NCBI GenBank assembly: GCA_004563595.2 | Contig: CP042461.1 | Coordinates: forward strand, 870,001-902,000 | DNA: 32,000 nt | Origin: Candidatus Saccharimonadota bacterium | Lineage (GTDB): Bacteria; Patescibacteriota; Gracilibacteria; BD1-5; UBA6164 | Direction: 5' to 3' | In this document: positions 10,384-27,623 of the stretch, one piece after another | Layout: each line of letters starts with the position of its first letter | How positions within the stretch are numbered: the first letter of the stretch is position 1 | Program-made: the position numbers and the translations under genes | The notes under the pieces: model-generated | What the model was told of the DNA's origin: nothing | Seen by the model: only the letters and a program-made list of their open reading frames with translations | The model's database searches: none

Positions 10384-11725
10384 AACTTGATGATAAGTTT
10401 TCTAAATGAACAAATTTTGTCGTTTTACAAGTAATTCTAGACCTAAAAGAATCAAATAATTCTTTATAGTTTGAAGGGTTATCCAAAATAGAAAGAATTT
10501 CTCTATCATAAAGGTTCTTTACTCACTTATCAAAACTCTTTAATTCATATGATGGTTCATAAAAATCTCCTAAAACCATATTGAACTCTGGATGAATTTT
10601 TTCTCATAACTTATCTGATTCTAACGATAACAATGCTGGTAAGTAATATGGAAATGTATCTAAATATGTCCCTACTCCTGAATCTGTTGAAAGGAATTGC
10701 AAAACAGTTGTTGCTAAATCAATATTACTAGAATCCTTGTTTATAACAAAGTAATTATAATTTAACAAAGTAGCTCCATCACCAGAGTAATAATGAGGAA
10801 ATGGACTTGCAAGTAAGAAGTTTTTTCAAAATCATTTCTTATGAATTTCTTGGATCATTCTAGGGTATCAAACTACCATATAGGTCTCTGATTGTGAGAA
10901 AAGGTCTAAGTTATTTTTTCATAAAGCTATTAAATCACTATATCTTGAATTATAAGCATTATTTCATGAGATATCTCAATATAATAAATATGATGCTAAA
11001 CTTTGTTTCAGTTTTGGTCCAGTAACATCAGCAAGTTTAGATACCCCATTTTCTAACATAAAAAATTGTGTAACAATATCAGCTGCATTATATACTGTAG
11101 ATCAATTTCATAGTCAAATTGGAATTAAGTTTGGTTTTTTATCTTTTAGTTTTGAAATGATACTATTAAGACCTGATAGAGATGTTAATTCCGAGGCTTT
11201 TATGTACCTTCTATTAAAATAGATTCATAAAGTTTCATATCCAATAGGAACTCAAATTAAAAATTCCACTTGTTTTTCTCCATCTAATACGGACATAATT
11301 AAATCATCTGAAAATACTCACTTATATTTTTTCCTAAAATCTATTGGACTAATGAGTTCAGGGTTAATTCAGAGAACTTGATCCTGAAAGATAGAGGTTT
11401 TTTCATTATTATTTAATACAAATAAGTCTGGTCATTTTCATTTTGATATTGCTGAAGCCAAAGCTGAATAATAGTCTTCATAAGATGAAAAACTTTCAAT
11501 TTTTATTTGTGTATTTTTGTATTTTGGATTGAGTGCTTTAAAATCAGTCATAACATCTCACATATTTGATGCGCTATCATTCATGATCCAAACTAAAAAA
11601 TCGTTTCAAGTTGAACTTCCTTTTCAAGTTTCTCATTTATCATTATTTAAGATAGAAAAAATCCAAACTACAAATAGAAGTAAAGATATTCCTATAATTG
11701 AAAGTATTATTTTATTTTTGTTCAT
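10376..11725 (-). CDS. Extracellular solute-binding protein (ABC-type, family 1-like), 449 aa
   Basis: ATG (11725-11723) to TAA (10378-10376), 1350 nt. An N-terminal TM or signal segment is followed by FLVWIMNDSASNMGDVMTDFKALNPKYKNTQIKIESF...AISKGKGPDLFVLNNN, which is typical of sugar-type SBPs. The stop overlaps the hemW GTG start. Confidence 0.7.
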
Positions 11726-11749
11726 ATAGAGTATTTAAATTTAAAAATT

Positions 11750-12064
11750 TTATATATCTGATAGGAGATGCATATGTATATGCATAACTTCTTGTCCTCA
11801 TTTTTCTCACACATTAAAATTGAGCTTATATCACTCACTTACTCCCATATTTTTTGCTACTTTTTGGGCAGTAAAAAACATTTCAGCAATGAGTTTTGTA
11901 TCTTCTTGACCTAAGTCATTAATCGTATATATTTCTTTCTTTGGAATAATTAATAGATGAACCTTTGCTTTTGGGTTTATATCTCTAATAACAATCAAAA
12001 CATCATTTTCAAATATAATCTCTGCTGGAATTTCTCGGTTAATAATTTTTGTAAAAATAGACAT
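11750..12064 (-). CDS. HIT family (histidine triad) protein, 104 aa
   Basis: Track ORF 11831-12064 continues through three TGA codons to ...NVGEKGGQEVMHIHMHLLSDI, then TAA (11752-11750). The HxHxHxx triad is present only when TGA is read through. Confidence 0.9.
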
Positions 12065-12081
12065 ATTTTTGTTTATAAGAA

Positions 12082-12333
12082 TTAATAATCAATTTCAGAA
12101 AAATTATCTGATGGATTTTCTATCTCAACTGAATTATCTAAATTAGATGAAAACAAGATAACACCATATCAAAAAACAGATAAAAGTACGAGCAAAACAA
12201 ATAAACTATTTGTTATTTTTGTAATATGATTACTAAAATTTTTAAATTTAAATGCATGAATCTTAGCAATAATGAAAAAGCCCCAAATTCAGACTAAAAA
12301 CAATGTATATAATCAAATATAAACCAAAAGCAT
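12082..12333 (-). CDS. Small two-TM membrane protein, 83 aa (hypothetical)
   Basis: ATG (12333-12331) to TAA (12084-12082). Two hydrophobic segments; fits the gap upstream of the HIT gene. Confidence 0.45.
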
Positions 12334-12407
12334 AGAAATATTTTTATAAATTTAAAATCATTTTAGGCATTTATCAACTGGTTTTTATTATATTTGTTAT
12401 TTTTTTT

Positions 12408-12436
12408 TTGCAAATTTTAAAAAGTTTTGGTATAAT
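12408..12436 (+). promoter_or_regulatory. Near-consensus sigma-70 promoter
   Basis: TTGCAA (12408-12413), a 17-nt spacer, then TATAAT (12431-12436), 30 nt upstream of the ATG at 12467. Confidence 0.55.
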
Positions 12437-12466
12437 TAAAAGAGTAATAAATATTAACTAAACATT

Positions 12467-12841
12467 ATGGCAGAAATAAAACAAGGTGGGAAAGCTTTTC
12501 ATGTATCAGATGATGTTCAAGCTCAATATGCTGAACTTATAAAATTGATCCTTGCAACTGACTCTATGGATGATAATGAAAGACAATATTGGTTTGATAT
12601 TATGCCTTCAATGACGGATGAACAAGTTGATAGGCTGTATAGTATTCTTGATACAGAAAAGAAAAAACTTGAAGATCTTGAAACAAAATACCAAGATGAG
12701 ATCAAACAACTGAATGAAAAACATCTTATCGAATGGCAAGATTTCCAACTCAAAGATTCTAAAAAGAAAATCAAAGAAGAAGAATCTAAAGACCAAGAAA
12801 CAGATGCAGAAGATGTACTCAAAATGTTAAATGACATGTAA
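12467..12841 (+). CDS. Acidic coiled-coil hypothetical protein, 124 aa
   Basis: Intact ORF in the standard code, with its own promoter and a strong terminator. No family recognised. Confidence 0.75.
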   Translation: MAEIKQGGKAFHVSDDVQAQYAELIKLILATDSMDDNERQYWFDIMPSMTDEQVDRLYSILDTEKKKLEDLETKYQDEIKQLNEKHLIEWQDFQLKDSKKKIKEEESKDQETDAEDVLKMLNDM

Positions 12842-12847
12842 TTAAAT

Positions 12848-12888
12848 AAAAAAAGAACTATTAGTTTAAAACTAATAGTTCTTTTTTT
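12848..12888. terminator. Bidirectional terminator with a 12-bp perfect stem
   Basis: Stem gaactattagtt/aactaatagttc (12855-12866 / 12870-12881), A-run 12848-12854, T-run 12882-12888. Confidence 0.8.
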
Positions 12889-12895
12889 GGTTTTT

Positions 12896-13237
12896 TTATT
12901 TATTAATAGTTTTTTCTATACCTACTTTTATTTCTGCTATCGCTCCCCCAACCTTACTATCAGTTTGTGTTTGTCTCATAACAAAATAATCAACACATCA
13001 ATTTAAAAACATAAACATATTACTTCTAGGTTTAGAATTTGTTTTTAATGTAAGTAAAAAACTATAACTAAAATTTTCTTTCGTTTCTCTACGGAGATGA
13101 TTTATTATAAGTGCGCATTCACTCTCCTCTAAGTTCAAATTTGCTCTTATCTGTGGATCCTCTAATTTACTCATGATCTTTTCAAATATATCTGCATTAC
13201 TTAAACCTTCTCATGAAGGTACTCTATCTGCATTCAT
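12896..13237 (-). CDS. Hypothetical protein, 113 aa, immediately downstream of rpoC
   Basis: ATG (13237-13235) to TAA (12898-12896), 342 nt, with two in-frame TGA codons. No recognisable motif. Confidence 0.5.
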
Positions 13238-13254
13238 ATAAAATATATAATAAA

Positions 13255-13288
13255 ATAAAACTACCTATATAGTAGGTAGTTTTATTTT
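13255..13288 (-). terminator. Rho-independent terminator after rpoC
   Basis: Stem aaaactaccta/taggtagtttt, followed on the minus strand by a T-rich tract. Confidence 0.6.
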
Positions 13289-13303
13289 ATAGTCAAGACT
13301 ATA

Positions 13304-17314
<4,011 letters not shown>

Positions 17315-17358
17315 TTACAATTAATTATAGGTTAAAAATTTTTGAATTGAATAAAATA

Positions 17359-17463
17359 TATCTCTCTTGAATTCTCTCTCTTTAGTCAAAGAGAAAGAAG
17401 CTGCAGATAATGTTTGGAGCCCCCTGCTCTTTGACTAAAGAGTAGGGATTCAGGGAAGAGATA
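17359..17463. repeat. Palindromic element E2, about 105 nt, filling the rpoB-rpoC intergenic spacer
   Basis: Perfect 16-nt inverted repeat ctctttagtcaaagag (17378-17393) / ctctttgactaaagag (17427-17442), nested in the outer pairing tatctctc.../...gaagagata. It shares the motif CTTGAATTC-y-CTCTC with E1. Confidence 0.65.
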
Positions 17464-17468
17464 ACCTT

Positions 17469-20927
<3,459 letters not shown>

Positions 20928-21088
20928 AAAAAACAAGTTATAAATTTAAAATAATTTTAAATGTAAAATCAAAAATAGAATAACGCAATCGAGTATTTTT
21001 TGACTTAGAATACGCAAAAATAGCACCACCTCATCAGAATGACACAATCGAAGGTGATACAATTGCGAGGAATTATATATGCAAAGCC

Positions 21089-21131
21089 AAAAAAAGCAAA
21101 AGATTTTTATAGAAAATCTTTTGCTTTTTTT
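21089..21131. terminator. Bidirectional terminator upstream of the rpoB leader
   Basis: 12-bp perfect stem gcaaaagatttt/aaaatcttttgc (21096-21107 / 21113-21124) flanked by an A-run and a T-run. Confidence 0.7.
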
Positions 21132-21170
21132 ATTCATTATTTTAATAAATTTTAAACTTTTAAAATCAAC

Positions 21171-21410
21171 TTAAGATTTCAAAAATTTAAATGACCGCAA
21201 CATAAAAAATACACCTACTCATGTAAAAATAATTAAATTCCAATCTCATGGAAATTCCCAAATAAAGTTATTCTCATTTATAAGTTCTAACATTTCTCTC
21301 CCTGATAATATAGCAACAAATAAACCAGACATAAAGACCATTGCAAAGTTTTTCTTTGCGCCTGTTTCTCTCATTTTTTTTACCTTTGCAACTCTATCAA
21401 TTTCTGACAT
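21171..21410 (-). CDS. Small membrane protein, 79 aa (hypothetical)
   Basis: ATG (21410-21408) to TAA (21173-21171), 240 nt. Two hydrophobic segments and two in-frame TGA codons. Confidence 0.5.
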
Positions 21411-21497
21411 AATATTCTGAATTATAAATTAAAGCTATATATAAACAAGGTTTCTTGTTTTAAAAAATTTACTACTCCTTCCGTTTACACAAAATAA

Positions 21498-23038
21498 TTA
21501 TTTACTCTCTTTTTTTTGGTCCCTCTTTATATAAGTCTCTATTTCCTGTAAACATGCAATATAATAATTATTATTTTTATCAGACATTTTTTCACAATAA
21601 GATGTATCTCTAGTTTTTCTTCATAATCTATACAATAATGAAAAATTACATTTAGTATATAATACCTCATCTCCTGATAAACGATCACAATATGACACAT
21701 CTCACTCTTCTTCTCACAGCTGTAGTAGTTTAACATATACATAGTTAACACATGTCTCTCTTATACCTTTATCTTTAATCATTATGCATGCTCAATAATC
21801 AAAAAATTTCTTTCCATATTCTTGATAACAATATTCTCAATCATCTAATTTTAAACATAATTGTATATTATTTTCACTTAATGCTTTTTCTGTATAAAAA
21901 CTACTAGCACAAACATCTTTCATTCATCCATTAATATGTTCACATGCTGTTACATCTCATAAACTTTTTGAATATTCAAAATAACATTCACCTATAAAAG
22001 AACTCCTTTCACATATTAACATATTTTTTTCTTCTATTGCTTTTTTAACTGCTGATATAGAGTTCATTTTGCTACTTGAAGAAATAGAATCATTATTATA
22101 TATTAAAACATCATCAGTAATATTATTTCCATTTACATAGACCTTTTCAATATCTAATCATTTTAACATTATATTATGATAATAAACATAATGTTTGTCT
22201 TTTGCATATTTAGAATTAATTAATTTAAATGTTTCTGGGTCAGCTCAAGTTATTTTTTTTCATTCAAAATAAACATTATTATTATCTTTTGTATAATTGT
22301 ATGCATTATTTTTATCGTTTATTATTTCAAAAGTTTTTGTATTTATATTTTTTATTATATTTCCATTAAAATATACATTATTATCATCTAGTCAATAAGG
22401 TGAAAATATATGATTATAACCTAAATCAAGGATTTGAAAACTCGGGGCATGAGCCATTAATATTTTGTTTCATTTATAATAGACACTTTTTTCATCTTTT
22501 GCATAATATCATTTAAATAATTCTTGAAAACTAATTGAGATAGCTCATTCAATGAGAGTATCCTTAAAATATACATTCTTATTATCTAATATATAGAATT
22601 TTCCTAAAATTTTTGCACTGCTGGGTTTTAATAAAGAATTTTTTTTTAATTTTCAATTAGTAATCTGTCAGTAGTATACATAATCTTTATCAATATAGAA
22701 ACGTGAAAAAGAGTTACTTCATAAAAAAGAGAAGGTTTTTGCATCAGCTCAATTAAATACTCTGGTATAATTATATATATTATTTTTATCCTTTGCATAT
22801 GATCATATTTCCTGGAAAGTTTTATAATCAGCTCACTCAATTAATAAATAGGTAGTATCACATCATCCTCATCAAATATCATGTCCACAATCAATAGGTG
22901 GTTGTATTCTATAAACCTCTTTATCTTTTATAATGTGTTTTTTTAAAGTTAATTGATTGCCTTTTTTATTGTTAAAATCTTCTGACTCACAAGAAAAAAG
23001 GATAAAAATACAAAAAGCAAGGCATATATTTTTTTCAT
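21498..23038 (-). CDS. DKNYY-repeat lipoprotein with a Cys-rich C-terminal region, about 513 aa; the start codon is out of frame because of an A7 tract
   Basis: The frame is open from 23030 down to TAA (21500-21498) and contains repeated GAD..TF......YAKDKNNIY / YAKDEKSVYYKG / YAKDKHYVYY modules. The lipobox ILFS-C is in this frame. The only ATG (23038-23036) is displaced by one nucleotide (1541 nt in total). Confidence 0.75.
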
Positions 23039-23121
23039 AAGATTAGACTTTATAAATTAATATAATAAGACCTTATGAATTATTTCTGATTTTTCAAATA
23101 AATTTTATTAATATTTATTTT

Positions 23122-23149
23122 TTGAAAAAGCTCAATTTATCTATAAAAT
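23122..23149 (+). promoter_or_regulatory. Sigma-70-like promoter candidate for mltG
   Basis: TTGAAA (23122-23127), a 16-nt spacer, then TAAAAT (23144-23149), 28 nt upstream of the ATG. Confidence 0.4.
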
Positions 23150-23177
23150 ACTAAAAATTATTATGAAATAAAAACAG

Positions 23178-24224
23178 ATGAGTTTTAAAATTACAGAAAT
23201 TAGTAAGAAAACACAAAATCCTCTTATGAGAATAATAAAATTATTCATTTGGATATTTATCCTTATATGATGAATAAATTATTATAATTATTCACAGTTC
23301 TCTGATGAAATCTTAACAGATACAGCTCAGATTATATATATAGAGTCTGGTGACACTTTTTACTGACTCAAAGAAAAATTGAATATTCAAAGTAGTTTCA
23401 TGAATATATATCTCAAAAATAACACTCCTGATTTTGAATTACATGCATGAAAATACCAAATTCATACATGAGCTACCATTTGATCTATTTTAGAATCTCT
23501 TCAAAATCCAATCTTTGAAGAAATGAATATCACCCTTCTTGAGGGCTGGAATATATATGATATAGATGAATATCTCTGAAAAAAATGAATCATAAATACA
23601 GGCGAATATATAAGCTATGTTACAAATACAGAAAAAATAGAAAAACTCACTGAATTTTTCCCTTTTTTAGCATGACTTGAAACTCTTGAGGGTTTTCTTT
23701 ACCCAGATACCTACAAGATAGACACTTCAAACTTTAAAATTAATAGCTTTGTTATTACTCAATTGGAAACATTTGAAAATAAAGTTGCTAATATTGTTTT
23801 TAAAGACAGAGACTTATCTCAAGAACAAATAGTTGATGTAGTAACTCTTGCTTCAATTGTCGAAAAGGAAGAAAAAAATATACAAAATAAAGCGACCGTT
23901 GCTTGAGTTTTAAAGAAAAGACTCAGAGAATGATGGATGATTGGTGCTGATATCACCGTTTGTTATCCTCATAAACTTACTGCTCATGAATGTAAAATGG
24001 TAGTAAGTAAATATATAAATGAAAAAAATGAATACAATACAAGGACCATGAGGTGACTCCCAAAAACTCCTATCTGAAACCCGAGTAGCGAAACAGTAAA
24101 TGCAACACTGAATCATAAAAATAGCCCTTACTATTTTTATTTGCACGATACTCAAACTTGAAAAATATACTATGCAGAAACAAATCAATGACATGTGAGG
24201 AATAAGAATTTGTATTTGAGGTAA
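23178..24224 (+). CDS. mltG: Endolytic murein transglycosylase MltG (YceG family), 348 aa
   Basis: ATG 23178 to TAA 24222-24224 (1047 nt). An N-terminal TM segment is followed by LASIVEKEE and YNTRTMRGLPKTPIGNPS, matching the YceG signature YNTY..GLPPGPI.NPG, and then ...YYFYLHD. Confidence 0.88.
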
Positions 24225-24235
24225 AAAAGCCGACG

Positions 24236-24280
24236 AAAAAACCCCATTATAAGCATTGCTTATAATGGGGTTTAAGTTTT
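24236..24280 (+). terminator. Rho-independent terminator after mltG
   Basis: 14-bp perfect stem accccattataagc/gcttataatggggt (24241-24254 / 24258-24271) followed by ttaagtttt. Confidence 0.75.
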
Positions 24281-24482
24281 AGTTCACGTAAAATCTCACT
24301 GAGGACGTATTATTATTTTCATTTATTTCTGATATCTCATTAAAGGTAATTTAAAAAGAGGCAATAGATACCTTTTAGTATTATTCAAAAATGTCCTTTG
24401 ATTTTGCATGACTTTATTTTTTTAAGATGATTTGTATCTAAATATACAAAAAAATACTAAAATTATTGTTTTGATTTCCTTC

Positions 24483-25448
24483 TTATTTTGATACATCTTT
24501 AAATAACTTATTTATAGTATCATCAACACCTAATATTTCATCATATTTATATTCCTCATTATTTATTTTATAAAAATCAAGTTTAGATATATATTGAAAT
24601 TTAGCTAAATCTTTCTTATCTTTATCCGTTAATTTTTTATCAAAATATGAAATTATTTTTTTATTTATAGCTTCGTATGAAGTCAAATATTCATTTTTTC
24701 TTCAATGGTGATAATAAATAGTATTTAATATCACCTTTTTTTCTGTTTTTGATAATAAATTTACTTTACTTTTGTAAATTTGATTAAAATCATCGAAATT
24801 CTCTAAATTAGAATTTACGTTAAAATAGTTTACAAATTTAAAAAGATGTAAATCAAAATATTTTTCCTGGAAAATTTCATTTACTGATTTTCATTTTAAC
24901 ATTCATAATGGATATGAATAATCGACCTTTCAATCTTCTGTTTCAAAGCTAAAAGCATGAAGAATTTTTAAAATCGGGATCCATATTTTTAAAAATAAAG
25001 GGAAAGTTTCTTCTCAAGTATAGAACTCTTTTGTTGTTTTATATAACCATTTTTTAGTCTTTATATTGTATGTCATAAATATCAAACTACATTCTCAACT
25101 TCAAGCTCATCATGCGTAGCAAATTGGAAATTGGACTGTGTTTTTGTTTATATATTCTATATCAATAGCACATCACTTTATATATAAGTCTTTAGAATGT
25201 GGAAAATCTAAAAGTATTTCTTCTTTTCAATCTATGATAATTTTTGTTGTTCAATAAGAACAAATTTCGTGACTAGATTTAAAAGTGTTTGTTATTTTAA
25301 TATTCTCCTGCATTAATAATTCTTGATTCCAGTATTCAATATATTTTGTTTTTGGCTCAAAAAAACCTATTATAAAGCTAATTATAAATCAAAGTAACAC
25401 TACTGAAAAAATAGTAGTTTTTTTATATTTTTTAAATAGCTTTTTCAT
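24483..25448 (-). CDS. Membrane-anchored hypothetical protein, 321 aa
   Basis: ATG (25448-25446) to TAA (24485-24483), 966 nt. There is one N-terminal TM segment. The C-terminus corresponds to track ORF 24483-24686. Confidence 0.65.
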
Positions 25449-25457
25449 AATGTTTTA

Positions 25458-26126
25458 TTATTTAATACTGATTTCTTTCTGCGGTTCAGACATATCAATT
25501 TTATCTCAAAGAAATTTAGGATTTGAACTCATAAGCTCTACGTCTAAAAAAGCTTTTACTCTTGCCAGTACTTCTCTTCTATTATAGTAATCCTCATGGA
25601 TATACTTCTGTAAGTTTGTAGAAACTCAAATCGTATCGAGTCAGACTCTTTGTCAGATATAGTTTGCTCTTTTCAGATGAAAGTCTTGTGTAAATAAGAC
25701 CACTTCTTCAACTCCAAATAATTCTTTCGCTCTAAATAAAGTGTCATACGTATCAAATCAAGCATAATCTAAATAAATATGATCGATATGAACATCATTT
25801 TTTATGAGGTAGTCTCTCATCCCAGTAGTTTCATCATACTCTTCTCTAGAATTATCTCATGATACAATTATCTTTTTAATTTTTCAACTCTTATATGCTT
25901 GAATAGCTACTTTTAATCTATCCTTTAATATATCAGATGGACTGAAATCTTTCTTGACTTTTGCTCAAAATACAAGTCCAACCTCTGTTTGTTCAAGTTG
26001 TCATACATCAGTTAAGATCTTATCTTTTGAAAAACTCAAAACATAAAGGTTAATCAGTAGAATAGCTATGACTCATAGGATCGTCATAATTCATCAGCAC
26101 TTTAGTATAATAATTATTTTTTTCAT
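25458..26126 (-). CDS. sanA: SanA/YdcF-like (DUF218) envelope protein, 222 aa
   Basis: ATG (26126-26124) to TAA (25460-25458), 669 nt. An N-terminal TM segment is followed by GLVFGAKV...IIVSGDNSREEYDETTGMRDYL...DYAGFDTYDT...TQDFHLKRANYI, which is the SanA pattern. Confidence 0.85.
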
Positions 26127-26131
26127 ATGTT

Positions 26132-27238
26132 TTAATATTCTCAAACTAAAATATTGTTTTCTCTTTCATAAGAAAGTTCTTCCTCGGTCCAAGTATCTTT
26201 TGGTTGATAATTATATTTAAACATTCTCCTATTTGAGAGTGTTCAATATCTGTTAAACACCTTTTCCCAGGGGACCATAACTCTTCTATTTGTTACCGTT
26301 TCAGCCACCCATACTCAATTTGAATCAAAGCTATAAGCTGCCACTATATGCAATACCTTTTTATTTTTTCTTTCCTTCCAAGAATAATAATCTAAATAGT
26401 ACGTAATTGCTACTGGATCTCCAGCTTGGAGTGAATGAATGAGCGTATCAAGGTAATAATATCTATCCACTTCAACATGAGAGACTTCATCAAACTTCTT
26501 CATTATTGGGAATGTCCATAGTTTTTTAGGAGCTTTTCCTATCAATTTTTCTGCTTTTGGTATATAAATACCTATTCCGTCTTTGTATTTTAATATATTT
26601 CTCACTGAAAATGCGTAGCAACCGTTTAGAGTTTGTCATTTGAGTGGAAAATTATAATGAGTGTTTAATAATGGTTTGTATCAAGCAGCTAAATACTCAT
26701 TTGGTTTAGAGTAATATTTTCTGAGTTTCCTATCTAATATCTTTGACACGTACTTATAATACGTTCATTTTAAAAAGAATGTTTTATCATCTGCTTCTCT
26801 TTCACAGATTCTATGGTATTTGCAGTTTTGTAATGAAAACATGACCTTTAATCGTTTCATCACGGTAAAAAAATCTCTTTGATTCAAAGCTCCTGTAGCA
26901 TCAAAGTATTCTCTTTTTGAGAAGGCTCCTAGTCAAGCAAAATAACTCACCTTTTTTCAGAAATCACTTTCAAGATCTATATCTTTAAAATACTCAGAAT
27001 TATCTATTACTTTATAGTTTAAATAGTCTATATTTACTCCTCTATCTTTTTTATAGTCAATAAACCAACTATGCAAGGTTTCTACAAACTCTTTTCTTGT
27101 GATGGGCTTATCTAAGCTTTTTGTATTAAAGCTATACTTTTGAGTAAGATCTACGCTTCATTGCTCCATTTTGTATCAAGCAAAGCTTGAGTTTGTAATT
27201 GCAAAAAATATGATTATTCATGTGATTATTTTCCTCAT
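26132..27238 (-). CDS. Secreted protein with a C-terminal papain-like (C39-like) cysteine peptidase domain, 368 aa
   Basis: ATG (27238-27236) to TAA (26134-26132), 1107 nt. Signal peptide MRKIITGIIIFFAITNSSFA. Candidate catalytic Cys in QTLNGCYAFSVRNILKY and candidate His in HIVAAYSFDSNGVWVAE. The family call is motif-level only. Confidence 0.55.
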
Positions 27239-27356
27239 TTTTTAATAGGCCATTAAAAATAATACGCTAAATATACTCATCATCTGTGATATAAAAAATT
27301 ATTTTAAATAATAAAATGTAAACTTGATTCTGCACTAAAGCAATACTTTACTTTAG

Positions 27357-27485
27357 AGGCTGTCTAATTATTACGTCATTCCTGCGAAGGCAGGAATCTA
27401 TTAAAAGTAAAGTACCTTATTTATAAGGAAAACTATTTTATAGATCTCCGGATCAAGTCCGAAGATGACATTTTTGGGACAGCCT
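27357..27485. mobile_element. MITE-like structured element E3, 129 nt
   Basis: Perfect 8-bp terminal inverted repeats aggctgtc (27357-27364) / gacagcct (27478-27485), flanked on both sides by the direct repeat ctttag (27351-27356 and 27486-27491). Three internal hairpins: attcctgc-gaag-gcaggaat, cctta-ttta-taagg, and atctccgga-tcaag-tccgaagat. Confidence 0.45.
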
Positions 27486-27553
27486 CTTTAGTAGATTCGT
27501 CTTTGATCAAAATATTATTATATAATAAATTTTTTTTTCATTCAAAGTTTCTA

Positions 27554-27581
27554 TTGATATCTAAGGCCCTTTTTATATAAT
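27554..27581 (+). promoter_or_regulatory. Sigma-70-like promoter candidate for the TSP3-repeat gene
   Basis: TTGATA (27554-27559), a 16-nt spacer, then TATAAT (27576-27581), 42 nt upstream of the ATG. Confidence 0.45.
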
Positions 27582-27623
27582 CTTTATATTCAAGCTTTTA
27601 AATTATTTTCTTAAATAAGCATT

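Noticed and set aside
27340-27500. The structured intergenic element E3 might be a housekeeping RNA: SRP/4.5S RNA, RNase P RNA (it contains caAGTCCGaag), 6S RNA, or a tRNA.
   Set aside because: - It is too short for RNase P and lacks the GAGGAAAGUCCGGGC and ACAGAA..GGCUUA motifs.
- It has no SRP domain IV GGAA tetraloop with AGCA symmetric loop.
- It has no tRNA cloverleaf or GTTCGAATC-type T-arm.
- The TIR plus direct-repeat flanks fit a MITE better.
- I could not run Rfam, so this rejection is provisional.
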